Assembly: GCA_040182905.1 (NCBI GenBank)
Contig: JARQWU010000042.1
Span: 1-51,836, forward strand
Direction of reading: 5' to 3'
DNA: 51,836 bases
Source: Barthelona sp. PAP020
Taxonomy: Eukaryota
A model generated the notes under the pieces. The model did not search any database and was not told the origin of the DNA. It was given only the letters and a program-made list of their open reading frames with translations. Numbering within the stretch: position 1 is the stretch's first letter; the number at the start of each line of letters is the position of its first letter. A program made the position numbers and the translations under genes. This document shows, in pieces, positions 1 through 15,400 of the stretch.

Positions 1-57
1 CCAGTTTTGGAATTGGTTAGGGAAGAAATTCGTGTGATTGATGAGGATGATGAATAA
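1..57 (+). CDS. 3' end of an upstream gene (partial; ...PVLELVREEIRVIDEDDE*)
   Basis: Frame 1 is open from base 1 to TAA at 55-57 with coding-like composition. A T-rich tract follows, like the 3' flanks of other genes here. Confidence 0.6.
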   Translation, partial: PVLELVREEIRVIDEDDE

Positions 58-428
58 ATATTCTTGCTTGCTTTTTTGTTGAAAAATTGTGTTTGGTTCT
101 TTTATTACCAACCAAAAAAAAAAAAGAGCCATTCTAATTGAAATTCAATGTATTTGGGTATAGATTTAAATTTAAAGAAAAGAAGATTTTTACTGCTTGA
201 ACAAGAAAACATTGGAGGTTTCAAACAAATGTTACTTTATCAAATTTATTTCTCTCACTTTCCAAAAAAATCAACTGAATCAGCTATATAAATGGTCCTA
301 TCCCATGAAGCGCCTGTTTGAACTTTGAATTAAATATTACAAAAAGAAAGAAAAAAAAAAATGTAAAAATTAACGTTTTTTATTATTGACAATGAAACTT
401 ATCAAATTGTTTTTGTATAAACTGTAAA

Positions 429-3400
429 TTATAAATCACTGTTGCTTGAATCAGATGAAGTGGGTATCGTATTTTGAAGATAACTTCCTCTTTCAAATAC
501 CAAAGGATTCTTTATGGGATTGTGATGGAAAGAAGCCTTAACATTGGAACTATCAACCTTACCAGTAGCCTTATTGTATAATAAAACTACTCCATTTCGG
601 ACAAAAGCAAAAATGATGAAACAACAAATAATCAAAGCCACAATATTCACACCAGAATCATCAACCAGGTCTGTATCAAAACTAATAAATATCAGCAAAA
701 GATATATGGCCATAATAATAATCAAATAGCTTCTAAACAAAGCATCACAATTGCTGGACGAAGTGGCGACATTATCAGCATTGTGTTTGGTTTCTTTGAA
801 AAACTTGAGATTTTGTGAAACACCCATTGTTATCAAAGTTGATGTCAAAGCAATACAAGATATAATGATATTACTGCTGAAGAAAAAGAACAGCATACCA
901 TTCATTACTATGGAATATCCCATAACAAATGAAAAACTGATTTTTGGATGGTTGAAAATATCATCAGCCGGTGAAACAGTCACAAATTCAACTACTGATT
1001 TGCTCACATTCTTTATCCAGAAATAAATCGATGGCAATAAACAAATAGTTCCAATAATACACAATTGAATCCATTCATTTGACAAATAGGTGATTGAATT
1101 TTGGAAATATAATACAACTGTATTGCTATATTGTTCAGTTGCAAAAAGATGGAAGAATGTATGCACAGATGAAGGAACAAAAGCAAAGAAGACAACAATA
1201 GGTAAATTTTTGTCAATACTTTGAACACTTTTGGCTAAAATGAAAGAAATAATTGTCAAAATAATTGGGGCTATTGCATTCACTCTGAATTTATAAATGA
1301 ACCCACCATAATTACTGAATAAACAGCTAATCAACGGTTCTTTAGATAAATCTAACAATAACACATCCAAATACCATAAAACTTTGGATAAAGACTTGGG
1401 CATAACAGTTGCCAAAATGTGTCCACTGGCAGCTATCATTTGGAAGGTCCATAATTGAGAAAGAACGTATGAACCAGACCAAAAATCTTTCAAACTTGCT
1501 TGAATTAACAAGGCAAAATATGCAATATTGGTTAAAATGCTTAAAACCAAAATCAACCAATTAAAAATAGCTGGAGAACATTCAACACAACTGTTGTTTT
1601 CTCTGTAATAATTGACAGCACATTCACTGCAAGTTTCACCATAAGATCCATCTTTACATATACTGTTCTCCAAAATGGTACCATTCGAGGCACAAGTGCC
1701 TAAACATCCACCTGATACACATTTCTTAACGATTCCATCCGTGTCATTGAAATATCCTGAATCAATACAAGTTAATCCACCCCCAAGACATTTCAATCCT
1801 GTGGGACACATTTGACAAGTTCCATCTAAAAGGAATAATTCTTCACTGCATTGACAAGAAATGTGTTTGGAATCAGGTTTCATATTCAAAGGACATTCTT
1901 CACAAGTTCCTTGAATAACAGGGTTGTATGTATTTCCTGGACAAATCGAACAACCAACATCCGTTTCAGTGCGTTGACTACCAGCTGGACATACATAACA
2001 TCCAGTTGAACCCTCTTCTGCCCATTGACCATAAGGACATTCAGTACATTGTCCACTTGTAGGTTGATCATTGTAAGTTCCAACGGGACAAGCTTTGCAC
2101 TCTCCTTCATAAACACCTTCTCCTTCGGGACAAGAAAAAATTTCAATATCCACAAAGGTACCTTTTAGATAGGGTGATGATATGGGGATGCTGTAAACTC
2201 CAGGAGAACCGCTAAATTCTAAATCACTGATTGTACCTGATGATTTATCAAAAACACCTTCCACTAATCCTTTGGTGGATAATGTTGTTGTTGGGTTTGC
2301 AGAAAAAGTTTGACTGTTGCCAACCAAAGCCTGCTGTTCAAAACCATCAATAACGATGGCAGAAAAAGAATAGAAAGTGCTAGAAGAAACAGAACTAAGT
2401 TTTGCAGTGGCAACAATGGCTCTTGGATCTGTTGCTTCACAATTGCCATAAGATTCAGCAGCACATTCGGAACATGAAACGAGGTCAATTATTGGTGCAC
2501 ATTCTTGATTATAGAATACTGCACTTCCAATATCTGCATTGCATTTGGTGAATAATGTTTCACTGATAATGTGACTACATTTGGTTAAATTGATTTCAGA
2601 ATAGTCATATGTGTTTAATTCGAACTCTCTAACTAATGCAATTGCACCACCATTTGATGCAGAACAATTTTCGAAAGTCGATTGTGAAACATGAAGAATG
2701 TTCGTTGATGCAATAACACCACCGAATGTTGAAGAAATGATATTTTCAAAATTACTTGCATTAACAATCAGCTGTCCATCTGTTTTCAACACACAACCTT
2801 CTGAAGATGAAGAAGCATTTTTGACATTCAACTCATGAATTGTCACATTATTTTCATCAAACATCTTTAACATCTTGAATAATGGTTCCTCGCTTGTTGA
2901 ATTTTCAATTTTTACATTGTTCAAAGTGAGTGAAGAACCAATACCCTCAATAACAGAATTTTCTACATTGGACAAAATCGTATCACTCAAAGTCAAAGAA
3001 GAATCTTTCAATGTGACATATGGAACATTCAAAGCAGAATTATCAATTCCAGCACAAAGTACAGGTTCTATTGGTTCATGAATTGTAAAATCTTCAAAAG
3101 ATAATGTGACATTACCACTGCTGCTAATCAATTCAACGATAGTTTCATTGAAATCATAATTATTTACAGTTATATTTGAATAAATATTTGAACGATACAA
3201 TTGTCCAATGGTAGCATTTTTGATGTTTAAAGCTTCAATATCCATTTCACTATCTTCTGCAGCAAAAACATATGTGATATCTTCAACATCAATGGAATCA
3301 ACAACAACATCACTTGAATAGATCTCAAACAATGTTGAATTTTGCTGTATACTTTCTATATCGCTTCCAATTAACACAGCATGATGTAATTTGATAGGTT

Positions 3401-6400
3401 TTGATAAATTAAATAAGAAAAGACTGTCAAATTTAACAATTGAATCATATGCATCTAAAAAAGCACTGGATGAAACAAATTCAGAATTTAAATTGACAAC
3501 ACTTTGTTCTTTAATTTCATAGGCAAGTGAAACGTTTGAGATCAAAGTAAAGTCTTCAATATTAACTTGAGAATGTGAAATTTCAATGGCTGTTACAGTA
3601 TCACTGATCTTAAGATCTTGAACATACAATTCCGATTGAATTACACGCAATGCATGCTTGCAATTAATGAAAGAAAGGTTAATCAAATAAAATTCAGAAA
3701 CTTGATTCAAAATTAATCCATCTTTGCCTTCACAATCAATAACAGCATTATTTTTATAACCTTTCAAAGTGTATTGTGTTCTAGAAGGTATTTTAATGGC
3801 ATATTCTTTTATTGGATAATACCCATCAATAAAGATAATAGTTCCATTGCGAAGTATTTTATTTCTTGCATATGAAACCGTTTTACATGCAGAATTTATA
3901 TCACCACAACATAAATCATTGTTACCCTCCTCAGAAATGTATATTTCCTGGTTTATTTCACCTCTTGGAGCAAATGCTAAAACCAAATTGATTTCTTTCT
4001 CTTCATAATTTATTTGTATGTTGTTAGCACAGTTTATTTTAAAATTCCATTCTCCTTCAATTTCATCAGCTTTTAATAATGTAACAGCATCTCCAACTTT
4101 CATGTTAAATATCGTCATCGGATCAACAATGAAATTTCCTCCAATAGTGGCTTTGCCACTGATATTGAAAAAAGTGTTTGACTTCAATTCTAAATTTTCA
4201 ATGGTTGTATTGGTTATTATTGCATCTCCAAATACATGTAAAAGACCATTCATTGCAACTTTTCCATTTGTAAGATTTAATTTTCCATCAAAATAGCTTT
4301 TACCTTCAACATGAATCGTTACATCATTCCCAAAAGTGGCAGGTACCGCAACAGAACCAATACCAGAATTATTCAAATACAAATCAGCATTCAAGGTCAA
4401 ATTACCGAACGAAATTGAACAATTAGGTGGTATATACAACGTAGAATTCAATTCATGTCTAACATATAATATTGATCCAGCAGAATCAACATTTATTTCA
4501 TCACAGTTGAGTGTAGCTAATCCTTCAGATCCAGGTAACATCAATAGCAATAAAGGATCAGTCAAATTTAACGTTGGTATGTCAATAACTGTATTTTCAT
4601 CAACATGAATAGTTGAAATATTGTTTATTATTGGTGTTTCTAATGATTGCAGTTGGGTATTCATTAAAGCCATGCTTGAAGTTGTATTGAGTAATAAATC
4701 AGTGGAAACAATTGAACAATTGTTTATAATACCTGATTTTAGTTCAATTAAACTTGAAATAACATTTGAATTATTGATATCACCATCATTCATAATCAAA
4801 GTAGAAACGTTCAAGCTTTCGGCATTGAAGTAACCTCCATTCAATATTAGTGTATTGAGTTCAACTTTATTGATAGAATTTTCCAAAACAACATCTCCAT
4901 TGTCATTTATGGTTAAATTCATTGTGGTATCACAGGCGAACAATTTTATCATAGCACTATCATTTACTTCAACAAAACTATTGTTCATGTCCACATTGTT
5001 GCCAATGCTAGAATTACCATCCTTATACAACACCAAATGATCAACTTTTTCAACATTTCCATTGATTATTAAATTATCACCTACTTTCAAATCAGTAATA
5101 TGTTCCACATTGCCATTGATAACAGTTTCAACGTTTTCAACCATACCAGAAATTAATTGTAACTTACCAGCTATTGAAGCATGAGATTGTTCTTCAGCTA
5201 CACCATTCAATATTAAACAATTAATATTGGCATCAGAATACATGACAAAATCACCATTTTCAAATGAAACATTCAACAAGGAACCATTAGCATGTGTATC
5301 GACAACACTAGAATTGTACAATTGAATTTCACCATTATTAAAGGTCTGTAAAGTACTATTTGAATTAAAAAAACCATACATACCAATTTTTAAACCACCC
5401 ATAACATCAACAATACCAGAAGATTCAAAAGTTGCATGTGAATCGACAATACTGTTGTTTTGAATTGTTAAATTACCAACAGGATTTGACTCAATTTTCA
5501 TATATTTAGTCAAATCTAACGTATTATTATTAGTTAAAATGTAATTACCATATAAATAAGTGGGCCAATCAAAACTACAATTACCATATTGAACTATTTG
5601 ACCATATAATAAAATAACAGGATCATCATTAATGTTGTACCTAATCAAATCATTGTTTGACAGTGTTGTATTACCACACAATTTTACTTTAGGTTGACCA
5701 TCTGAATAAATATTGATCCCATCAAGGAATAATGTGCTATTCAATGAATTCAATGATACATCATCAATTAAATTAATATCATCTTCACAAATCAAAGTAT
5801 CATTGATTGTTATGTTCAAATTCAATGAGAAATTTGTCTTTTTAAGATTCATTTTTTCAGCAAGAATACTACTGTTTCCCAACAAAATTCCATTATCACT
5901 GTAGAAATATTGACAATAAGTATCATGTTCCACAAATGTAAAATTTCCATCAATAAAACTACATTCCTTAAATTCAATTTGTTCAGCAGAATTCTCAAAA
6001 ATTACTGTTCCCTGATTCTGATAAACTTTATTGGGTTTCTCATTCTTTTCAGCAGGTATTTTAGCACCACCATTGATCTTCACTGTTGAATTATCTGTCA
6101 AATAAATCAATATATTGTCAGTATTCGCTGATGAATAATCTAACAAACCATTTTCACTTACATTGTAATAAGCATTTTTATGAATAGAATCTTTTGAAAC
6201 ATAAACTTCACCTTCAATAAACCAATCTCCATAATATTCAATGGTACCATTAAATTCACTAATAGAACTATTTATGCTCTTTAAAACACCTGTATCGTTT
6301 CCATATAAATAGCTACTTGGATAAAATTTGATCTTATCAACAGTTTCTAAAAATCCATTGTTAATAACTTCCCCAAAGTTATCAAAAGTACCTTCAATCA

Positions 6401-9400
6401 ATAAACTATTGTTTTGAGGAATATAAATATCACCAATAACATAATTAATCATTGATACATTGCTGACAGCACTTTGAATCGTAACATTACCATAATTTAA
6501 AACAAAACCATCATCACTTTCATCTAAATCATTAAAACATCCATCAACATACATTGAACATGAATTATTAACAATAAAAGACGAATTTCTAACAATTCCT
6601 AAATCAGTGCTCAATAAACCATAATCATTAACAATCATTTGATGATCATTGGTCAAATTACAGCTTACACAATCATGAATGTTTAATTTTGAGACAATTG
6701 TTTTTGATATTCCTTCATATTCTCCAGTTTTATACCAATCTAAGTCATCAATATATAAATTACCTGGATAAGTTCTTGTACCATTTTTGTGTATCATAAT
6801 CTCTACTTCAAAATCAGTATTCAATCCGAATAATCCTGAAATAAAATCTACTTCCTTAAATTTGGAAGTGTTATGGGTATCCCAGATGAATTGGGAAGAA
6901 TCTACTGTTAAATTTGAATCAGTAACATCAACATTTGTGTTAAATTCAAATTTACCCAAAGAATTATCTTCTAAATTCAAGATAAAGTTATGAGCAATAA
7001 AAGTAGTTCCATTTCGAACAAAGAAATCAGAATTTTCGAAATTCAATTCCCCAACACCAATAATACTGGCGGCTTCCAATAATTCAAAAGTTGAATCCGA
7101 AAAATTCCCATTCAAATTGTTAACTCTACTTTCACCTTTGACTTCAATATTACCAACTTTTACAACATCCATATTAACATTTGTTGATACTGAATGTCCT
7201 ACAAAATTAAAAGTACCATTACCAGTTATTATAGAGTGATTGTCACCTAAATAAACACCATTTTGAACGAGTTTTCCACTCATAAAGTTGATTGTACCAT
7301 TACTATTAACATTTCCATCATTGTTCAATTCACTTTCAATGATCAGCTCTTTATAATCTTCAACATTTAATGTTCCACTATTGTTAACAAAAATAGGCTT
7401 AGAATTCCTCATAATCAGTTCATTTTCAACATTTAATATACCATCAACAACGGTAGTAACATTCATTATTGTCTCTCCAGCAACATCAGTAACACCTGTG
7501 ATTTCAAAAACAGAATTTGTATCACCGCTAAAACATAATCCGGTTTGTAACTCCATTGTTGCATTTTCTTCAACAATGAATTTATACTTTGTATCAGTAT
7601 CAATAGCAGCTTGACAATCTTGTGTTCCATGCACATTGATTGCATATACACAATTATCCAATCTTTTAACCCCATTTGTAGAAATATCAGAATAACTTGT
7701 GTTGAACATTAACTCAATTTCACCACCTTTCCAAAGATGGTTTGTTAAGTTTAGATTATCAGTACCACTGATAATTCCACCATTCTGTGCCACATTTACA
7801 ATGTTTTGTGGCTCATTACCACTGTTGAATGTAACAATACCATTATTTAATTCATAAAGTTCCCAACCACTTAATTGTGTAGAATTAAAGGAAACTTCTC
7901 CACTTTCTTGAACAATACGACCAAAATTATCACTGAAATCACTAATAAGATCATTTTCAAATCCAACGTAACCATCATTAACTTGAATAATTGAATCAAT
8001 CAAAGGTTTAAGCACACTATTATTTTTAAATTCAACAATTCCGTTATTATTAACTGTAACTTCTTTAAGACCACAATTTCCATAAGATTGTAACAAACTG
8101 TCATCATTATTTAATGTAGCCGTTAATTCTTGAATATTTCCATCCATGTTCAAATAACCAGTGTCAATTGTCACAACTAATTTCTCAAAAGTTGAGGAAG
8201 ACAGAGTGTCCATTTCACCTTTTACTGTGAAAGTTAAATCTGAAGAAGCAGTATTTTGCATCACCAAATGACCAATTTCTTTTTCAACAATAACATTACC
8301 ATAACCTGTTATTGTATCTCTAATGAGACAATAACTTTTGATTATCAAAGTTCCTCCATTCAAATGTAAAGGCTTACCAAAACTATCCACATCACAACCT
8401 CCACTAATAATTAATGTTCCTTTAACATCAACAACTTCATCAAATACGAATGGTGTTTTGATTTCAACAATACCATCCACAGAAACATTTACTTGTTCAG
8501 GCACTTTAAATGTGTTATTTCCATCAATTTTTGTTGATGAAGCATCATCAAACACTAAATTACTGTTAGATTCAAAAGACAAATCAGAATCTTGTTCTAA
8601 AACAATGATATTGTTTTTGACTAATGATAACGTGACATTTTCCGGAATTCTTATGGTACAATTGGATTCTAAAATTTTGGTAGAAAATGTTTCTTTTGAA
8701 CCAGCCCATTCAACTTTCTCCGTGATTACAATATTACTTTCTTCACTAATACTGCCACTATATTCCCAGTTCCATTTTTCAATGACAAATTCAGGGTCAT
8801 TTAAAGCATCATCAATATCAAGAGTACAATTTCCACTCATCAATAATTTTTCAACAGTAGTATTTGTATTATCACATAATTGATGATTAAAGGTACCACC
8901 AGTCATATTGATAGTATCAAAAGTACTGTTATTAATAACACCGTTACAATCAATGTATAATCTACCATCATTAATATCAGGATTCAATAAAAATCCATTG
9001 AAATTCTCATAGAAACTTACATTACCACCATTAATATTCAATTCAAGCAAATTAACTATAGTACAACCTTCTTTTAATTCAATATTACCACCAACAGTGT
9101 TCTTAAATGTAACATTAGTTAAGACAGTATCTCCTGAACATTCAAATTCACCTGAGTATTGATTATCAATGATTAAAATGTCAGATTTCATTTTTAACAA
9201 CCTCATTTCATCACTATAAAAAAGACCAACACGAACCAATTCAAATTCATTGGAATCAGTAAGAACAACTGAATCATCCTTCAATATTGGAATAATCAAT
9301 TGTTTTCCTTGAGAATCTCGGAACAATATTACACCACTAGTCCAATCTAATACCAATTTGTTGAGGGTTGTTTGACGCAAATCTAACAAACCATCTTCCA

Positions 9401-12400
9401 TTTTCAACAGTTCATTAGCTTCTAAAGTACCCAATAAATTGACTTGACTGTTGTAAGTGTGAATATATATCAATCCGTTGGCTAAAATATCACAATTTTC
9501 ATCACCATCAAATGTACCAGTAATATCTAATTCTGAGACTTCATTTAATGGAACAGAAATAACATCTGAACAAGTGGTATTTCCAGCAATATCTAAAACA
9601 CCTTTGGTGATATTGATCTCTTCATTCATATCCCAACACCATTCAATTGTTGCCTTTAAATTATTGCCCATGTTGTCAATTGTGATATTTTTGTCGGTGA
9701 TTAATGTTGGACAAACAGGTATGTCAAAATCAAGGGGATATTCCTTTTTCATAGAATTATTTTTCATCAAAGCTATTCTCATAGTTTCAACGGTGGACAA
9801 AACATGCATTTTAACATTCTTATCACCAACAATATTTCCATCTTGCCAGGTAAATAGTTTATTTACATTGATTTGACAAGCATCTGTGAAATAAGTTGTA
9901 CCATCAATAAATGAAACTTTTTCTAATTCAACATCATTTGCTTGGATTTCACAATAGCCAAAGAAAGTTTCTTTACTGTCAAAATATGCAGTTTTTATTA
10001 CAGAATTTTCAAGACAATTGAAGTTTTCAAAATTAAAGTGTTCTGATTCCAAATCAGCTCTATTACCTAACAAACTAATATTTGAATTGCTCAACATAAC
10101 GATTCCCATATCCAATACCCAATATCCATTCAATGCAAACAAACTATTATCTCCGATAGTTGCAGCACATGCAGTCATATTGATCATACATTCATTTGTA
10201 CTTGACGTATTGAAAGAACTTCTTACCATATTGAAAGAAGTGTTCAACAATAGTTTGGTAGGACTTCCTGCTTCAGATTCAATAAATATATTGGAATCAA
10301 TGAGAGTGTCCAAATTCAAGTGAGAATAAATGTCAACCAAACTAAAACCATGATAAAGTTTAACATTACTTTTTACTTCATTGGGCAAATCAATGAAATT
10401 TGCATAGAAATTTCGAACAGTAAAATTGGAATCAGAAATTGATGATGTCAACAAATGATCCACATCAATAGTATTAACGAATACTGTACTGTTCTTTTCA
10501 ACATTATCTATTTGTATGTCAATTGGAGAAGTCAAACGTTTTATGATTTGAACATCTAACGAAGAATTTTGAACTCTGCTCGCATAAATTTTATCAGCAA
10601 CAAAAGAATCTGCTAAAAATATTTGAGATTTTTTAGTAATTTGATCAAATTGAATGGTTTTAACATTTTCCAATTCATCAATTGAAACAATTGTTTCACC
10701 CACATTTTTGAAATTAATGTTACCATAAAATTTACTGGGAATTGTACTGTTTGTGGTTATACTAACAGTAGAATTGATCAAAGTATCAAAATACAATTCT
10801 CCAAAATCAGAATTTCCAAAGACACCACTTATGGTAATATTGGCATCTTCAACAATTCCAAAAATAATATTTTTCAAGAATTCACTTTGAGTTATTAATA
10901 TATTGGCTCTATTTTCAATATCATAAGCAGCAGAAACATTACAAATATGCAAATTGTTTATGATGGAAGCTTCAATAATTTGGAAATTTCCAAAATTCAT
11001 AATGAAACATCCTTCAAATTCAATAACAGTGGATTTAACTATCATGGTATCATAGACATAAATAATTCCTTCCAATCCTTTGATGAAACTTTGTTCGACC
11101 AAAACATTTCCACCTTCAAATACACCACTGACATTAAAACTAGCACAATTCGACAGAATTGTCAATGATCCCATTGGAATTAAAGGCACATCTTTAATCA
11201 AACTAAATAAACCATCCTTTTCAATATAAATAATACCATTACTAACAATATCAATCTTTTGAGTGTATAAAGAACTGGAAATATGTAAAATACCACTGCA
11301 ATGAATATTAACAGCTTCATAAGGTGTAGAACCATTGTATACAATATCAACTGAATGTTCAATACCCAAATAACCATCACCATTAATATTGATCAAAGTT
11401 TGTTGAGTTTGATTAGCTAAAAGGATGCTATTCCGGAAATATCCTTTATTGATAAGCAATTGAGACACATCAAGAATAACATCATTTAATATGCTATTTT
11501 CATTCAAAAATACAACATTATTACTGTAAAGTTCACATAAATGAATGTTTGATTCTGTAATTATAACGGTGTCATACATATTAAAATTACAATTGATAGC
11601 ATCGAATTTTCCCTTAATATCTGTAGAATTTAGAACAAATTTTCCTTGATTACAAGTACTGTCCAATAAAGAATCATCAATTAAATTATTAATAACTAGA
11701 ATGCCATTATCAATAACGTTAATTGGCTTAGATAAATCCAATTTACCATTTAACAATTCTAATACACCATTAGATACGTTTAATTTGGTGTTTGTCTTTA
11801 TAGTTATTCCTTCCAATTTCAAGGTTTCATTTTTCTTCCATTCTAATATACCACCTTCCAATATTTCCATTGTGGCACTACCATTAAAATGTGTTGTGGC
11901 ATAGATATACATGTAACCTAAACTTTCAAGAGTAAAAAGTCCATCCAATTCAATATAATCAGAGGAAAAAGAAATACCACCTGTTTGAATTAAAATTTGA
12001 CCTGTTTCAAATTGATTTAGTGTGATATTCAATTCAACCAATTCACCATTAATTCCACATTTACTCAAAGATTTGGTAATTTTTCCACTATTCTCAATTG
12101 TACTGTCATAACCTTCTATCAAACTATCACCACATACATGTAAAACACTTGAATTACTAATAAAAATATGACTATCATACAAATAAACATCAGTATCAAT
12201 CACACTGTTATTTCCTTCAATAATCATTGTGGAATTATGGAAACTGGGGTAAAAATCATCATATAATGTTAAAAATGCATCAGTAACAATAGTATCCCCT
12301 CTAGCATCCAGACAACCATCACCTATTATCAATTGTTTGACAGTTAACTTTGCATCACCTAACCTACAAGATCCACAATCCAAATTCATGGAGTCTATCG

Positions 12401-15400
12401 AAACATCGTCACCTACAATGGTCAAATTCAAGCCACACAGATTAAAGACTGAATCATTACAAAAGGTAACAGTTGACGTGAAAATTAAGGTTCCATTACC
12501 TTGAACCAAAGACTTTTCACCAGTAATACAATATTCACCTCCAATAATTACAGTTGAATCTATTGTGATCAATACATTGTGTCCATATATGGAAGAATCT
12601 TCCATAAACACATAATCAGATTCAAATAATGCAGCATTTGAAATATTTAATCGTCCTTCGGTTGCATTACCACCATTCAAAAATACAATGCTTTCCATAT
12701 TTGCATCAACAACACCATCTTCAAGAATCATCCTCCAAGAAGTTGAAAATTCTTTTCCAGTTGGTTTTCCTTGTAAAAAACCAACATTTCTAAAAATAGC
12801 TACGTCATCATAAATATCAATGGTATTGTTAGTTCCAGTAACATTTATCAAAGTGGAACCAAATACATCACCAAAGGTTCTTAAACCTGTCCATGTTGCA
12901 TAAGTGTTGATGATGAATGTACCATTGTTCATAAATTCAGCAGTAGGTGCGCCACGGAATAGAATAGGATTGGTAGTTTCAGCATAACCAGCAGAACAGA
13001 AAACAGCATTATCCAACAGCTGTAATTCCAAAGTGGGCAATAAGGCAGGATCAATAAAAGGAACAGTAATTTCATTTTTAATGTACAAAGTGCCCAAATT
13101 ATCGACAATTACATCACCACATATACCTCCTTGTTGCCACAACATATCATTGATAACAGTAACATGATCTGTTCCGCATATGTAACCTCCTGTCAAAATA
13201 ACATGATTAATATCGACTTTGAAATCAGACATAAATTCAAAAGTACCAACAACACCTCTAAATTCATTAATAGCGAACGAATTATTTCTGGGCATTAACA
13301 TAACTGTCGAACCAGCATTTTCAACATTTGGTAAATTAGGTAGCGTAGAATCACTTAAGAAAAGCACCAACCCTTCATCGTAAAAACTAATTTCAGAAAA
13401 TTCCAATGTACCATTAAATATTAACTCATTTTCACTGTTTGATACTTGATCAAATCTCACAGACACTTTGGAACTTAATAAGACGGAAGTATTTAAAAAA
13501 ATAAATTTTCCAGAAATGAAAAAATCAACATTCCCAATAAAAGTAAAATTGGCATGATTCTCACCACCACCAAAAATAGCAAAAGTTCCTTGATATACTA
13601 TCGTTTTATTATAATTAGTAAAATTAGTATATAATTTAGTGGAGCTCTTCACTGTTAATACACCATAATTATCAATATATGATTGATAAACATCTTCAGT
13701 TGGTTGAATTGTGGTTTTTTGATTGATTTGAATCTCACCATAATTAATAATTCCTGAATAGTTACCAGTATTCAAATAAGAAACTTTCAAAACAGCAAAA
13801 GGGTCACTATTCACAACAAAAACCAAAGTTCCTTCATTAATCAATACCGAATAATTTCCCATAAACCCATTATCAGATCTGTAGATCTCTGCCAAAGCTC
13901 CTTTCATAATTCTAGTGGTAGAATTATTATTTACACCACCTCCTTTCCAAATAAACTTTTCATAAACTTGAACTTCGTCATCACTTGATCTTAATCCATC
14001 ATATAATTCAAAAACATTGATTTTAACAATATCATTCGTTGAAAAATACACATTTCCATCATGTAGTTCCATGATATTCAAAATTAATGGCAAATTTGAT
14101 AATCGTTTGAAAAATAATTCACCACCTAAAACAATAACATTTTCAAGATTTGTCAATGTGGCTCCATTTCTGAATTCAATCTTCCCGTCATAAATACTAA
14201 TATTTTGTGGTGACATGACAACACCTTCACAGATCAAATAACCACTTTTATAGACGCTTAATTCTCCATCAATATATAAGAGTGAAGTGTTTGTCATCAA
14301 AAATTCATACACAGTTGAATTTCTATCAGAATCACCAATGAATAACGTTCCACCATCAATATATAATTCACCTTCAAATGTTCCACCACCACCTAATCTT
14401 AACATAGAATCAATCACACTTACATTAGAAGATTCAAATGAATCAAATTTCACATTAACAATGAAAAGTGTTGTTGGTGGTTGAATAATGAGTGTACTAT
14501 TATTGATAAAAGAACCCATTATAGCTGAAGAATATCCAATTTCAGCAGAACGCTTGACCATAAATTTACCACTGTTTATAAATTTCCCATTGTCATTGAT
14601 ATATAATTTGCCAACTCCAAGATATTCAGAGGAACCATAACTGTTTACAGTGGCACCACTTAAATATTTGCTAGAGGATCCTGAAAATATTACTTGGCCA
14701 TACACATGCATCACGAAACCTCCATTTAATGTTCCTTTTATCCATTCAAATGTGGAAACATTTGCTTCTTTTGTACCCAAAATTTTTCCACCTTCTAATA
14801 TTAAAGTTTCAAAATGGACGATATTTGAGGAAAGGAATGAAATATATCCATTTGGATAAACATCTAAATGCAAAGATTTTATTTCATTTGTTTGTTTTGA
14901 ACCAAACAAAAGGGTTCCATAACAGAATTTATCTTCAGGTAGAACAAACCCAACATAAACTGCCTGTTTATCTCTCTTTTGCAAAACCATCGCATAGATA
15001 TTTAATTTTGAATTCTCGTCGACAACCAAATAAACACCATTTAAATAAACAGTTGTCATCGACAAAGAAAAATTGTTTCTTATAATTTGTCCATTACATA
15101 GAGAAAGACCCTTGTATTTAGCATGTTCAATAGATATTACAGGAGCACTTAAATTCTTCAATTCTTCATAACTGTCATCATCAATAATTTCACTAAAAAA
15201 TTCACTCAAATAGCCTTGAACAATCTCATTCGAATATATTGCTCTTCCTTTGTAAATAAATTTTGATCCACGTGTCAACATAATTTTGCTACCCAATGCA
15301 CCAACAGGATTTTGTTCCGTTTTAAGAGTTGAATCATACAATAATAATGTTACATTGCTCCTCAAAATAATGGTTCCAGAACTGAATTCAACATAAGAAT

